A DNA stretch of 64,000 nucleotides from Candidatus Vogelbacteria bacterium. GTDB lineage: Bacteria > Patescibacteriota > Minisyncoccia > Phycocordibacterales > XYD1-FULL-46-19. Below the pieces are notes generated by a model. That model did not search any database, was not told the origin of the DNA, and saw only the letters and a list, made by a program, of their open reading frames with translations. Numbering within the stretch: position 1 is the first letter of the stretch; each line of letters opens with the position of its first letter. The DNA lies in contig JACPIA010000009.1 of assembly GCA_016188295.1 (NCBI GenBank), positions 1,509-65,508 of the forward strand, in the 5' to 3' direction. Positions 56,341 to 64,000 of this stretch are shown here, in pieces. Both the position numbers and the translations under genes were made by a program.

Positions 56341-57083
56341 TGACCACTGGTCAAGTAGTTATGTTGCTGTTGGTTATTGCCGCGATTATGGTGGTAAACA
56401 ACAAGAGCAACCCACTCAATAGAGTATCCGGCCTTTTCAAAAAAGGAATCGGTGGCAATTTTGACTGGTGCAAGCAAACGCTTAAGAACGAATACTTCCA
56501 AATCCTTGGGGCTGGAGCCATCTTTATAACAATGCTCTATCTCCTCGCTCCGGCGGTGTGGGGATGGTTCTGGGGTACCGAGGCTGATCCGGTCAAAGGT
56601 GTAAACGCTTTTGAGGGTCATCGGATACTGATTTTCGGTATCATCTTGTGGCTCATGATTCGATTCCTACTATTTAAAGAGGAGTCGAGTAAGGCCACCA
56701 AAACCGCTCTCTCTCGCCTTGCCACTTTAGTCTTGATTGGGGCAATCGCTTTTGAGTTTTACCAAGACTTCGGCCAAAAAGCCACTACGGCAGTGGCAAG
56801 TATTAAGTTACCATGGTCGGCGAACTCGGAAGCGAAAGTGCTACACCTTGGTGGAGGTCATTATGATAAAAACCCGATTAAGGTGCCGGTTGGAGCGAAG
56901 CAGAAAATTCTGCCGTTACCGGCCAAGACAATAATCAGGGAGACCCTCCCTCCAGATGCCCGTGGCTGGAACGTCAAAGACACTCTCATGAGTGACGGCG
57001 TTACCGCCTGGCGCGAAGGACGAGAGATCGTGATCTCATCAAGCATTGATGTACCAGATGAGATCATCTTCAACTGGTGGTAG
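56340..57083 (+). CDS. Membrane protein translationally coupled to the SPFH gene (possible NfeD-like partner)
   Basis: TAATG overlap. Three to four TM helices followed by a soluble C-terminal domain. Partner role inferred from operon position only. Confidence 0.4.
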   Translation: MTTGQVVMLLLVIAAIMVVNNKSNPLNRVSGLFKKGIGGNFDWCKQTLKNEYFQILGAGAIFITMLYLLAPAVWGWFWGTEADPVKGVNAFEGHRILIFGIILWLMIRFLLFKEESSKATKTALSRLATLVLIGAIAFEFYQDFGQKATTAVASIKLPWSANSEAKVLHLGGGHYDKNPIKVPVGAKQKILPLPAKTIIRETLPPDARGWNVKDTLMSDGVTAWREGREIVISSSIDVPDEIIFNWW

Positions 57084-57111
57084 TTAATGGTAGTTAATTG
57101 AATAAAGCATA

Positions 57112-57150
57112 GGGGCGGGAGACAATCGTATTGTCCTCCCGCCCTTTTTT
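57112..57150 (+). terminator. Strong intrinsic terminator (GGGGCGGGAGACAAT-cgt-ATTGTCCTCCCGCCC + TTTTTT)
   Basis: GC-rich 14-bp stem plus T6 run after the SPFH operon. Confidence 0.6.
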
Positions 57151-57166
57151 AGTGCTTTGATTTAAA

Positions 57167-57418
57167 TTAATTGCAACCAATCGTATTGCAGATAATCTGC
57201 AAGATTCCATACACTGCCACCATAATAAAGAGTCCGGTTACTCCCCAGATCATATGCCGGCGGCCAACGATTCGAGCCTCATCACTGTCCTCCCCGCTAA
57301 ACAGTTGGAAGACGCCCCACAAAAAGTACAACAGCGCCGCGGCAAACAGTAAAGTAATGACTGGATTAAGGATATTAATTTTAATACTTTCCAGTAGTGG
57401 GATAGAAGTATAGACCAT
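57167..57418 (-). CDS. Pilin-like two-helix membrane protein (array member A)
   Basis: ILNPVITLLFAAALLYFLWGVFQLFSGEDSDEARIVGRRHMIWGVTGLFIMVAVYGIL is the same unit as members B-D. Start moved to MVYTS to avoid overlap with member B. Confidence 0.45.
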   Translation of the reverse strand: MVYTSIPLLESIKINILNPVITLLFAAALLYFLWGVFQLFSGEDSDEARIVGRRHMIWGVTGLFIMVAVYGILQIICNTIGCN

Positions 57419-57434
57419 TATTGAATTAACTATT

Positions 57435-57788
57435 CTAGTTTGGAATTTCCGGGGCACTTGGAACTGCAAATTCAGATCCACCTAGAAATACAGTCTGGAC
57501 TAAACCAACCAAGCCCCAAATTGAGACCATTACCGCGATGACGATAACACCATAAACCATAATACTACGAGCGGCTTTTTTATCATCATCTTCCGATGAG
57601 GTAACATATTTAACCAAACCGTAGATAAAGTATAATACGGCAATACCGATTAAAATTGGAATAGCTGTAGCAACTAAACTATCAATACCCCCGAGTAAAC
57701 CTCCGAAATAATCAACATTAACTTCTTGAGCTAAAACAATGAATGGCAACAGTGCCACCGATCCGCTTGTTAAAACTTTTTTAAACAT
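57435..57788 (-). CDS. Pilin-like secreted two-helix protein (array member B; VirB2/TrbC-like topology)
   Basis: Signal peptide MFKKVLTSGSVALLPFIVLAQE, helix 1, polar loop TSSEDDDKKAARSIMVYG, helix 2. Confidence 0.5.
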   Translation of the reverse strand: MFKKVLTSGSVALLPFIVLAQEVNVDYFGGLLGGIDSLVATAIPILIGIAVLYFIYGLVKYVTSSEDDDKKAARSIMVYGVIVIAVMVSIWGLVGLVQTVFLGGSEFAVPSAPEIPN

Positions 57789-57866
57789 AAACCTTTAAAA
57801 CTAATTAATAATTTTTGATAATAATCTAAGCAAAGCCCGACCGTTTGCTATGACTTTATTATACTA

Positions 57867-58586
57867 CTACCGAAATTTAGGTAAAGAGACAGTTGTGGGT
57901 AGCGTGCCGTTAAAAAAGGTTTGGGTCAAAATCCCCACCAACCCCCAGACCGAGACCATTACAAATAGAGCAATTACGCCCCAAATCATCATTTGTTTAG
58001 CTTCCTCACGAGCCTTTTCATCACCAGTATTACGAATTAAATTAGCCAAACCCCAAATAAAGTAAATCAAGGCTAAACCAATAATCAAGCCGATTAAGGG
58101 GTTTAGAATTCCACCAACCACTTTAGTGACTAAACTAGCAAAAGTATCGCCGACAACTCCTCCTCCGCCACCATCAATAGGTAACCCCCCCGTGCCAAGC
58201 GCGTAAGCTATTGGCACTAAACTGGTCGGCGCTATTTGATTAACGGTATTTTGAATTACACTGGAAATCACAAAAGCACCAAGGACGATCGCCGCGCCGA
58301 TAATCGTCCAAAAAAAGGCTTCTTTAGCCTCGCTTAATTTACTTTCATTGCCTTGAGCTTGGACAAAGAGGAAGCCGACGTAAATAATCGCGATGACTAA
58401 AATCGGCACGCCAATTTGGATCACTAGGTTCAGTAAAGTTTTAAGCAAGTCTTGAACATTATCAATATTGGTCGGATTATCGATTTGAAATCGAACTGAT
58501 ATATTTTCTCCAACATTTGCAGCGTAAGCTACTCCCCCGACTGACAATAAAGTGATGATAATTAGAATTAGGGCTAAATATCTCAT
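57867..58586 (-). CDS. Pilin-like protein with internal tandem duplication of the two-helix unit (array member C)
   Basis: Signal peptide, then unit 1 (...FVQAQGNESKLSEAKEAFFWTIIGAAIVL...), Gly-rich linker, and unit 2 (...IRNTGDEKAREEAKQMMIWGVIALFVMV...). Confidence 0.5.
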   Translation of the reverse strand: MRYLALILIIITLLSVGGVAYAANVGENISVRFQIDNPTNIDNVQDLLKTLLNLVIQIGVPILVIAIIYVGFLFVQAQGNESKLSEAKEAFFWTIIGAAIVLGAFVISSVIQNTVNQIAPTSLVPIAYALGTGGLPIDGGGGGVVGDTFASLVTKVVGGILNPLIGLIIGLALIYFIWGLANLIRNTGDEKAREEAKQMMIWGVIALFVMVSVWGLVGILTQTFFNGTLPTTVSLPKFR

Positions 58587-58594
58587 AAAATCAA

Positions 58595-58972
58595 TTATAA
58601 ATTAACGACGCTTGTTTTAATAAAGACCACCGCAATTGCTTTAACGATGGCATAAGCACCCAAGGCCAGTGCAAAACCAATTAAAGTGTTGGTGAATATC
58701 GCTTTAGCCTCTTTACGAGCCCCGTCGTTGCCGGGATTAAGCACGATCTTAATCCCCGCCCAAGCAAAACCCACTACCGCCAAAGGGGTAGCAATATCAA
58801 CGATCAAAAACTTCATCAAAGTATTAGCTAATTTCATTAAATCACCAAAGTGACAACTCTCAATTCCCTCGCAAGGAATCAACCCATTCCAATCCGGATC
58901 AGTTTGACCCAAGACTGATACCGGCAGAGCCATTAAAACAAATAGGATCGTAAAAATTAGATAAGCGCGCAT
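58595..58972 (-). CDS. Pilin-like secreted two-helix protein (array member D)
   Basis: Signal peptide MRAYLIFTILFVLMALPVSVLGQ. Cys-containing mature N-terminus. Unit ...IVLNPGNDGARKEAKAIFTNTLIGFALALGAY... Confidence 0.5.
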   Translation of the reverse strand: MRAYLIFTILFVLMALPVSVLGQTDPDWNGLIPCEGIESCHFGDLMKLANTLMKFLIVDIATPLAVVGFAWAGIKIVLNPGNDGARKEAKAIFTNTLIGFALALGAYAIVKAIAVVFIKTSVVNL

Positions 58973-58975
58973 AAA

Positions 58976-60274
58976 TTATTTCATTAAAGCGTTTAATTCA
59001 TCATCCGCCCGTCGCACCGCTTGTGCCGAGAGCACTCGACCAGTCCCCACCGCATCAATTAGCAAGTTAAAAATCCGATTACTTTGAGTCGGATCCGGAT
59101 CAAGCCAAGTACGAGCCAATAATGCTGATTGATACACTACCGTGCCAAAAGCGCTCTCTACGCCCGCCGCGAGCAAGTCGCGGCGGGCCGGCGCTACGCC
59201 TAATTGATCCGCCATTAACGCCACACTCTCCGGCGCGGCTAAAAGCTTGGCCGCCGCTTGAGCGGCGGCCAGTTGTTTGGTCGAGCGGACAACCGCCACT
59301 CCTTGAAAACGTCCGATAGTCTGCTTACGACTAGTTTGGTCGCGTTGAGGTATTATCGCGGCATCAAAGTTTAAATTAGGATTCTTGACCACTAGGCGCG
59401 GACGCTCGCTGGCATAACCCAAATACAACGCTAAAGAACCGATAGTAAAAAAATCTTGAGCATTAGGTAACGCTCGACTCCAAGTGTAAGTGGTCTTAGT
59501 TGGTGCGGCAAACTGAGTGTAAAAATCAATAGCGGCCTCAGCTGGTGCTGGTACAAAACCATAAGCATCAGCCAAGTTACTGACTGGTATCCCCCGTTCA
59601 TAGGCGGTAATGGGTGTCCCGGCCTGCATTGAGAGTAAAGCAACAATATCTTTAGCGTGAGGGACATTAGTACTCTCACCTAAAGCAATCGCACTTTGTT
59701 TAATGATTTTATTGTCACCAAACACTGTTAGATTATTGACAATATTTAAGACCTCACTCCAGCGCTCGGGCACTCGGACAATTCCGGCATTAGTCACCAA
59801 GTCACGATTGTAATAAAGCATCAGTGGATCAATAGTCAATGGTAGAGCCAGCACTCCTTCCGGCGCGATAAAAATCTGAGCCCCCTCCACAAAATTATTT
59901 TTAAAAGTGGCTAACGGATACGTTTTAGCATCAAACGGAGTCAATTTATTACGTTGACGGATAATCATCGTATCATTAAATAGTAATAAGTCAGGTCCGG
60001 CACCTTGAGTCAGAGCTTCCACTAAATCACTCTCAAGCTGCTCCGGCGCTTTATAAACATAATTAATACTAAATTGTTTTTTGGCCGCTTTATTGACCTC
60101 ATTGATTACCGGCTCCATTACTGGAAGTGAATTAGTCCCCCACAAAGTGAGCCTGATACTATTATTGGCTAATCCACCACTGTAGCCCGGTATTATTCCT
60201 GAAAACACTAACACCCCGATAATCAAAGCCGCCCCAAAAACGATCAGTAAAATAATTTGAAACCAGTCTTTCAT
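58976..60274 (-). CDS. Membrane-anchored extracellular solute-binding protein (family-1 SBP fold-like)
   Basis: N-terminal TM anchor, then LTLWGTNSLPVMEPVINEVNKAAKK...GAGPDLLLFNDTM... resembling sugar-type SBPs. No permease or ATPase genes nearby. Confidence 0.5.
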   Translation of the reverse strand: MKDWFQIILLIVFGAALIIGVLVFSGIIPGYSGGLANNSIRLTLWGTNSLPVMEPVINEVNKAAKKQFSINYVYKAPEQLESDLVEALTQGAGPDLLLFNDTMIIRQRNKLTPFDAKTYPLATFKNNFVEGAQIFIAPEGVLALPLTIDPLMLYYNRDLVTNAGIVRVPERWSEVLNIVNNLTVFGDNKIIKQSAIALGESTNVPHAKDIVALLSMQAGTPITAYERGIPVSNLADAYGFVPAPAEAAIDFYTQFAAPTKTTYTWSRALPNAQDFFTIGSLALYLGYASERPRLVVKNPNLNFDAAIIPQRDQTSRKQTIGRFQGVAVVRSTKQLAAAQAAAKLLAAPESVALMADQLGVAPARRDLLAAGVESAFGTVVYQSALLARTWLDPDPTQSNRIFNLLIDAVGTGRVLSAQAVRRADDELNALMK

Positions 60275-60765
60275 ATTGTTTTAGTTAAAATAAGACCAAA
60301 GTGATGCGAGCCGGCCGTAACCTCACCCACTAGTCTAAAACCACCTTGCGTTAAAACCTCTTTGACCGCACTAACTGATTTTTGCCAGTCAATTACCACC
60401 ACTCTACCGCTCGGTTTTAAAATCCGCGCCACTTCTTTGACTAATATATAACTGTGAGTGCTTAATGAGAGCACATTGGCCACCAATACCCAATCAGCCA
60501 CCTCATCGGGTAAAGTGGTACCACCTAAAACCTCAGCATCCGCCCACAAAGGCTTGACCATCTTTAAATTAAACTGCTGGACTGTCGCGCCTATTTTAGT
60601 CACCAACTCTTTTTGAATCTCAATGGCGTAAATAATACCATTACCGCCCACCCGCTCGGCTAAAGCTTCAAGATAAGCGCCGCTACCGGCGCCGATATCC
60701 ACTACGGTTTGACCATTTTCGATACCAAGTGATTTAACAATCGAACCAGGATTAGCAAAGGCCAT
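60271..60765 (-). CDS. Class I SAM-dependent methyltransferase
   Basis: VVDIGAGSGAYLEAL (motif I), IIYAIEI (motif II). 164 aa. Confidence 0.7.
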   Translation of the reverse strand: MAFANPGSIVKSLGIENGQTVVDIGAGSGAYLEALAERVGGNGIIYAIEIQKELVTKIGATVQQFNLKMVKPLWADAEVLGGTTLPDEVADWVLVANVLSLSTHSYILVKEVARILKPSGRVVVIDWQKSVSAVKEVLTQGGFRLVGEVTAGSHHFGLILTKTI

Positions 60766-60796
60766 ACCCTATTATACTATAATATTGTAAAACATT

Positions 60797-63232
60797 TTAT
60801 AAACAAGTGAGCGAGGCTAAAGTATCATCTGGACGCAACTTCATAATCCGGACTCCTTGAGTTTGGCGACCGAGTGTGGAGATTTCGTCAAGTTTAGTAC
60901 GAATTACTTGCCCTTGGCGCGAGATCGCCACAATCTCGGAAACATCCTCAGTGATGACTCGTGCGGCCATTAAACCACCAGTTTTGCCGGTAATTTGAGC
61001 TGTCTTAATCCCCGAGCCACCACGTTTTTGGACTTTGTACTCGCTCAATTTGGTCTTTTTGCCTAGACCATTTTCTCCCATCACTAAATAACTGCCGATT
61101 TTAGCCACCGGCGTAATGGCATCAGCGCCAATTATGAGATCACCTTTAGTGAGGCGCATCGCTCTAACACCGGCGGCAGTACGACCCATCGCCCGAATAT
61201 CTGACTCTTTAAATCTAATTGATTGGCCGCGCTTAGTAGCCAAAATTACTTCATCACCTTTATCGACCGTAACCACCGAAAGTAATTGATCGCCCGCCGT
61301 CAATTTAATAGCAATAATCCCACTACGCCGGACATCACTAAAACTTTGTCCGGCTACTTTTTTAGCCACTCCTTGTTTGGTAACCATTATCAAAGCCTGT
61401 GGCGCCTCGCTTTTAGATTTGGGAATCGCCAACACCGAGGTGATTTTTTCCTCATCGGAGAGTGCTAAAAAGTTCATCACCGATTTACCCCGCGTGGCAC
61501 GCTTACCCTCCGGCACATCATACATTTTAATTTGATAGGCTTTGCCTTTGTCGGTAAAAAAGAGTAGATCATCGTGAGTATTGGCGGTTAAAAAGAGGGT
61601 CACAAAATCTTCTTCTTTAACATTTAGATCAATGACACCCACCCCACCGCGCTTTTGGGATTTATACTCACTAGGATCAGTGCGCTTAATGTAACCACCG
61701 GCGGTAAGCACCAAAACATTATCGGTCTCCGGTACCAAATCCTCCACCGTAATTTCTTTAGCGCCACTTTTAACCACTTTAGTCCGACGAGCATCGGCAT
61801 ATTTGTCTTTAATGGTCACAAATTCGTCGCGGACAATTTTAAGCACTTTTTTGGCATCGGCCAAAATACTTTTGAGTTCTTTGATGAGCACCTGCTTCTC
61901 CGCTAACTCATCCTCTACTTTTTGGCGTTCGAGACCGGCCAACTTTTGCAAACGCATTTCCAAAATCGCTTGCGCTTGAATCGGTGAAAATTTAAACTCT
62001 TTGACTAAATTCTGGTGAGCCTCTTCGGTATCTTTGGAGGCCCGAATGAGTTTAATAATTTTATCAATATGATCAAGCGCAATTTTTAGACCCAATAAGA
62101 TATGCTCGCGCTCCAAAGCACGATCTAAATCAAACTTAGTCCGGCGAGTGACAATTACTTGGCGATGAGAAAGAAACTCCTCCAGCATCACTTTTAGTGA
62201 CAGTAATTTAGGAACACCATCAACTAAAGCCAACATATTGTAGTGGAACATCGTCTCCAAATCGGTGTGTTTATACAATGCATTTAACACTTTTTGCGGG
62301 TGCATCCCCGCTTTAAGATCAATCACCACTCGGATATCTTTAGTGGACTCATCGCGAATATCTTTAATGCCCTCCACTTTTTTATCATGGACCAAGTCAG
62401 CAATCCGAACAATTAACTCCGATTTATTGACTTGATATGGGATCGAACTAATAATAATTTGAAAATTGCCCACTTTATTCTCCACAATCTCGGCCTCGCC
62501 GCGGACCAGTACTCCGCCGCGGCCGGTGCCATAAGCATGGTGAATATCTTTTTGATTGAATACCAGACCGCCGGTTGGGAAGTCAGGACCTTTAACAAAC
62601 TCGAGCAAATCTTCGGTTGTCGCCTCCTCATTGTCGGTTAAATAAATCAGCGCCTCTATTAATTCGCCCAAATTATGGGGCGGAATTTTAGTGGCCATAC
62701 CCACCGCGATACCAACTGTGCCGTTTAAGAGTAAATTAGGGATGACTGATGGCAATACCGTCGGCTCTTGATGAACGCCATCGTAGTTGGGAACAAAATT
62801 AACAGTCTCCTTTTCAATATCAGCGAGCAGTTCAGCTGCCAGTTTAGACATCCGGACCTCGGTATAACGCATAGCCGCCGCGCTATCGCCATCAATTGAG
62901 CCAAAATTACCTTGACCGGCCACTAAGGGGTAACGCATGGCGAAATCTTGGGCCAAGCGGACCATCGCATCATAACAAGCGGTGTCACCATGAGGATGAT
63001 ATTTACCGAGCACATCGCCGACCACAGTGGCCGACTTACGAAACTTAGCATTAGCCGTCAAACCAAGCTCATGCATCGAGTACAAAATGCGACGATGCAC
63101 CGGTTTTAAACCATCACGGACATCAGGTAAGGCGCGAGCGACAATAACCGACATCGCATAGTCCAAATATGAGTCCTTCATCTCCTCGACAATATTGATC
63201 GGGATAATTCCTTTATCTTTAGGTTTGTCCAT
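60797..63232 (-). CDS. gyrA: DNA gyrase subunit A
   Basis: [20 protein letters not shown] with active-site Tyr, C-terminal beta-pinwheel repeats. Confidence 0.9.
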   Translation of the reverse strand: MDKPKDKGIIPINIVEEMKDSYLDYAMSVIVARALPDVRDGLKPVHRRILYSMHELGLTANAKFRKSATVVGDVLGKYHPHGDTACYDAMVRLAQDFAMRYPLVAGQGNFGSIDGDSAAAMRYTEVRMSKLAAELLADIEKETVNFVPNYDGVHQEPTVLPSVIPNLLLNGTVGIAVGMATKIPPHNLGELIEALIYLTDNEEATTEDLLEFVKGPDFPTGGLVFNQKDIHHAYGTGRGGVLVRGEAEIVENKVGNFQIIISSIPYQVNKSELIVRIADLVHDKKVEGIKDIRDESTKDIRVVIDLKAGMHPQKVLNALYKHTDLETMFHYNMLALVDGVPKLLSLKVMLEEFLSHRQVIVTRRTKFDLDRALEREHILLGLKIALDHIDKIIKLIRASKDTEEAHQNLVKEFKFSPIQAQAILEMRLQKLAGLERQKVEDELAEKQVLIKELKSILADAKKVLKIVRDEFVTIKDKYADARRTKVVKSGAKEITVEDLVPETDNVLVLTAGGYIKRTDPSEYKSQKRGGVGVIDLNVKEEDFVTLFLTANTHDDLLFFTDKGKAYQIKMYDVPEGKRATRGKSVMNFLALSDEEKITSVLAIPKSKSEAPQALIMVTKQGVAKKVAGQSFSDVRRSGIIAIKLTAGDQLLSVVTVDKGDEVILATKRGQSIRFKESDIRAMGRTAAGVRAMRLTKGDLIIGADAITPVAKIGSYLVMGENGLGKKTKLSEYKVQKRGGSGIKTAQITGKTGGLMAARVITEDVSEIVAISRQGQVIRTKLDEISTLGRQTQGVRIMKLRPDDTLASLTCL

Positions 63233-63238
63233 AAGTAA

Positions 63239-63511
63239 TTACTTTAAATAAGATTTGACCACTTGCCAACCGGCTACTACTCGCTCCCATTGAATGATGA
63301 CTACTGACGGTACTTCTGGTATTGGCGGTGTTATCGCTTCACGCACCGGTTTAAATAAAGTGACCAGCCAAATTAAGGCGATAATAACGGTAATAATTAG
63401 GGCTACGGTAAAAGCGATAACTTGACGCTCATGATGTGGTCGGGCTTGTAACTTTTGTAAGCGATCGAAGTTAAACATAAAATTATTCGGCCAAGAGGAG
63501 TACCACCTCAC
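63239..63511 (-). CDS. Small membrane protein
   Basis: 90 aa, one TM (VIAFTVALIITVIIALIWLVTLF). Confidence 0.3.
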   Translation of the reverse strand: MRWYSSWPNNFMFNFDRLQKLQARPHHERQVIAFTVALIITVIIALIWLVTLFKPVREAITPPIPEVPSVVIIQWERVVAGWQVVKSYLK

Positions 63512-64000
63512 CCTCTTTGGTTTCTAAGTCGCGACGTTTAATCGCTAATTTATCAACCGCTTTGATCCCCTCCTCACCAATCTCCTTTAAAAAAATTTTA
63601 AGTTCTGGATCAGACTCGCCACTATAAAGTACCGGGATTACAATTTTAGGCTCAAGGGAAGCGGCGATTTTAGCGGCCTCTTTGGCGGAGAGCCGATCAC
63701 CGCCACCAATCGGCACAAATAAAATATCGACAGCGCCAATACTCTCGAGAGCCTCGGGGTCAATGGCTAAGGTCGCCAAAACGCCTAAATGGCACACTCG
63801 CATCCCGTCGAGATTTAGAGCGTAAATAGTGTTGATGTAATCATTAGCCCCAGGTGAAGCTAATCCTTCAATAAAAATGCCACCGACCTCATAAGCACCG
63901 GGGCCGTCAATAATGAATGGTTCTTTACCACCACCGGTCAGATTCTCACCACCTTTAAAACGCTGGTCGGACAAACTAACTAATACCACATCCGCCCCAA
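63483..64000 (-). CDS. MBL-fold metallo-hydrolase (UPF0173-like), C-terminal part. Likely continues beyond the window.
   Basis: MRVCHLGVLATLAIDPEALESIGAVDILFVPIGGGDRLSAKEAAKIAASLEPKIVIPVLY matches the C-terminal half of UPF0173/MBL hydrolases. The N-terminal His-motif region is not in the window. Confidence 0.5.
   Translation of the reverse strand, partial: GADVVLVSLSDQRFKGGENLTGGGKEPFIIDGPGAYEVGGIFIEGLASPGANDYINTIYALNLDGMRVCHLGVLATLAIDPEALESIGAVDILFVPIGGGDRLSAKEAAKIAASLEPKIVIPVLYSGESDPELKIFLKEIGEEGIKAVDKLAIKRRDLETKEGEVVLLLAE

Overview
Mostly minus-strand, gene-dense bacterial chromosome segment with short intergenic spacers, frequent 1-30 nt gene overlaps and few obvious Shine-Dalgarno sites. 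It reads like a reduced, Patescibacteria/CPR-like genome, but that lineage call is inference from gene content and style only. Core content: a rod-shape module with two mreB paralogs, mreC, an MreD-like ORF and the PBP2 N-terminus. Translation and replication housekeeping genes: proS, rseP, frr, holB-like, a degenerate priA, def-fmt, hpf, pyk, tgt, cdaA, gpsA-glpK, dnaX, dus, ftsQ, serS, dprA, topA, rel/spoT, parB, miaA, rpmG, clpB, a cysteine desulfurase, infB-rbfA and gyrA. Eight tRNAs were found by eye: Gln-TTG, Leu-CAA, Trp-CCA, Tyr-GTA, Cys-GCA, Leu-TAA, Lys-CTT and Leu-TAG. Accessory or unusual content is listed below. (1) A 716-bp AT-rich IS200/RAYT-type Y1 (HuH) transposase gene lies between topA and rel, bracketed by inverted copies of a 23-29 nt palindromic REP-like hairpin. 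A third, solo copy of the hairpin sits upstream of the second mreB. (2) A tRNA-punctuated mosaic island spans 51.49-54.06 kb. An HNH homing-type endonuclease gene is wedged exactly between tRNA-Cys and tRNA-Leu. It is followed by a clearly higher-GC insert carrying a frameshifted HD-phosphohydrolase-family remnant with its own intact terminator, then tRNA-Lys and tRNA-Leu. Downstream are a low-GC NAD-epimerase gene and an SPFH/band-7 two-gene operon. (3) A tandem array of four paralogous small secreted two-helix proteins with VirB2/TrbC-like pilin topology sits next to a membrane-anchored solute-binding-like protein; one array member is an internal tandem duplication. (4) A 191-aa protein is built almost entirely from about 22 heptad repeats of consensus GDVSNIx. 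Its 21-nt DNA repeats are diversified by synonymous codon changes. It sits behind an extended -10 element that would give a leaderless transcript. (5) A four-gene operon of secreted and membrane-anchored surface proteins. (6) Tandem M14 carboxypeptidase paralogs share an 89-nt perfectly identical gene-conversion tract, next to a Gmad2 (GerM-like) domain protein. (7) Degenerate enzymes: PriA without Walker A/B, and a trypsin/HtrA-like protein lacking the catalytic His and Ser. (8) A truncated tRNA-like fragment and an unknown 222-aa protein lie immediately beside tRNA-Tyr, a possible integration scar. No CRISPR array or rRNA gene was seen.
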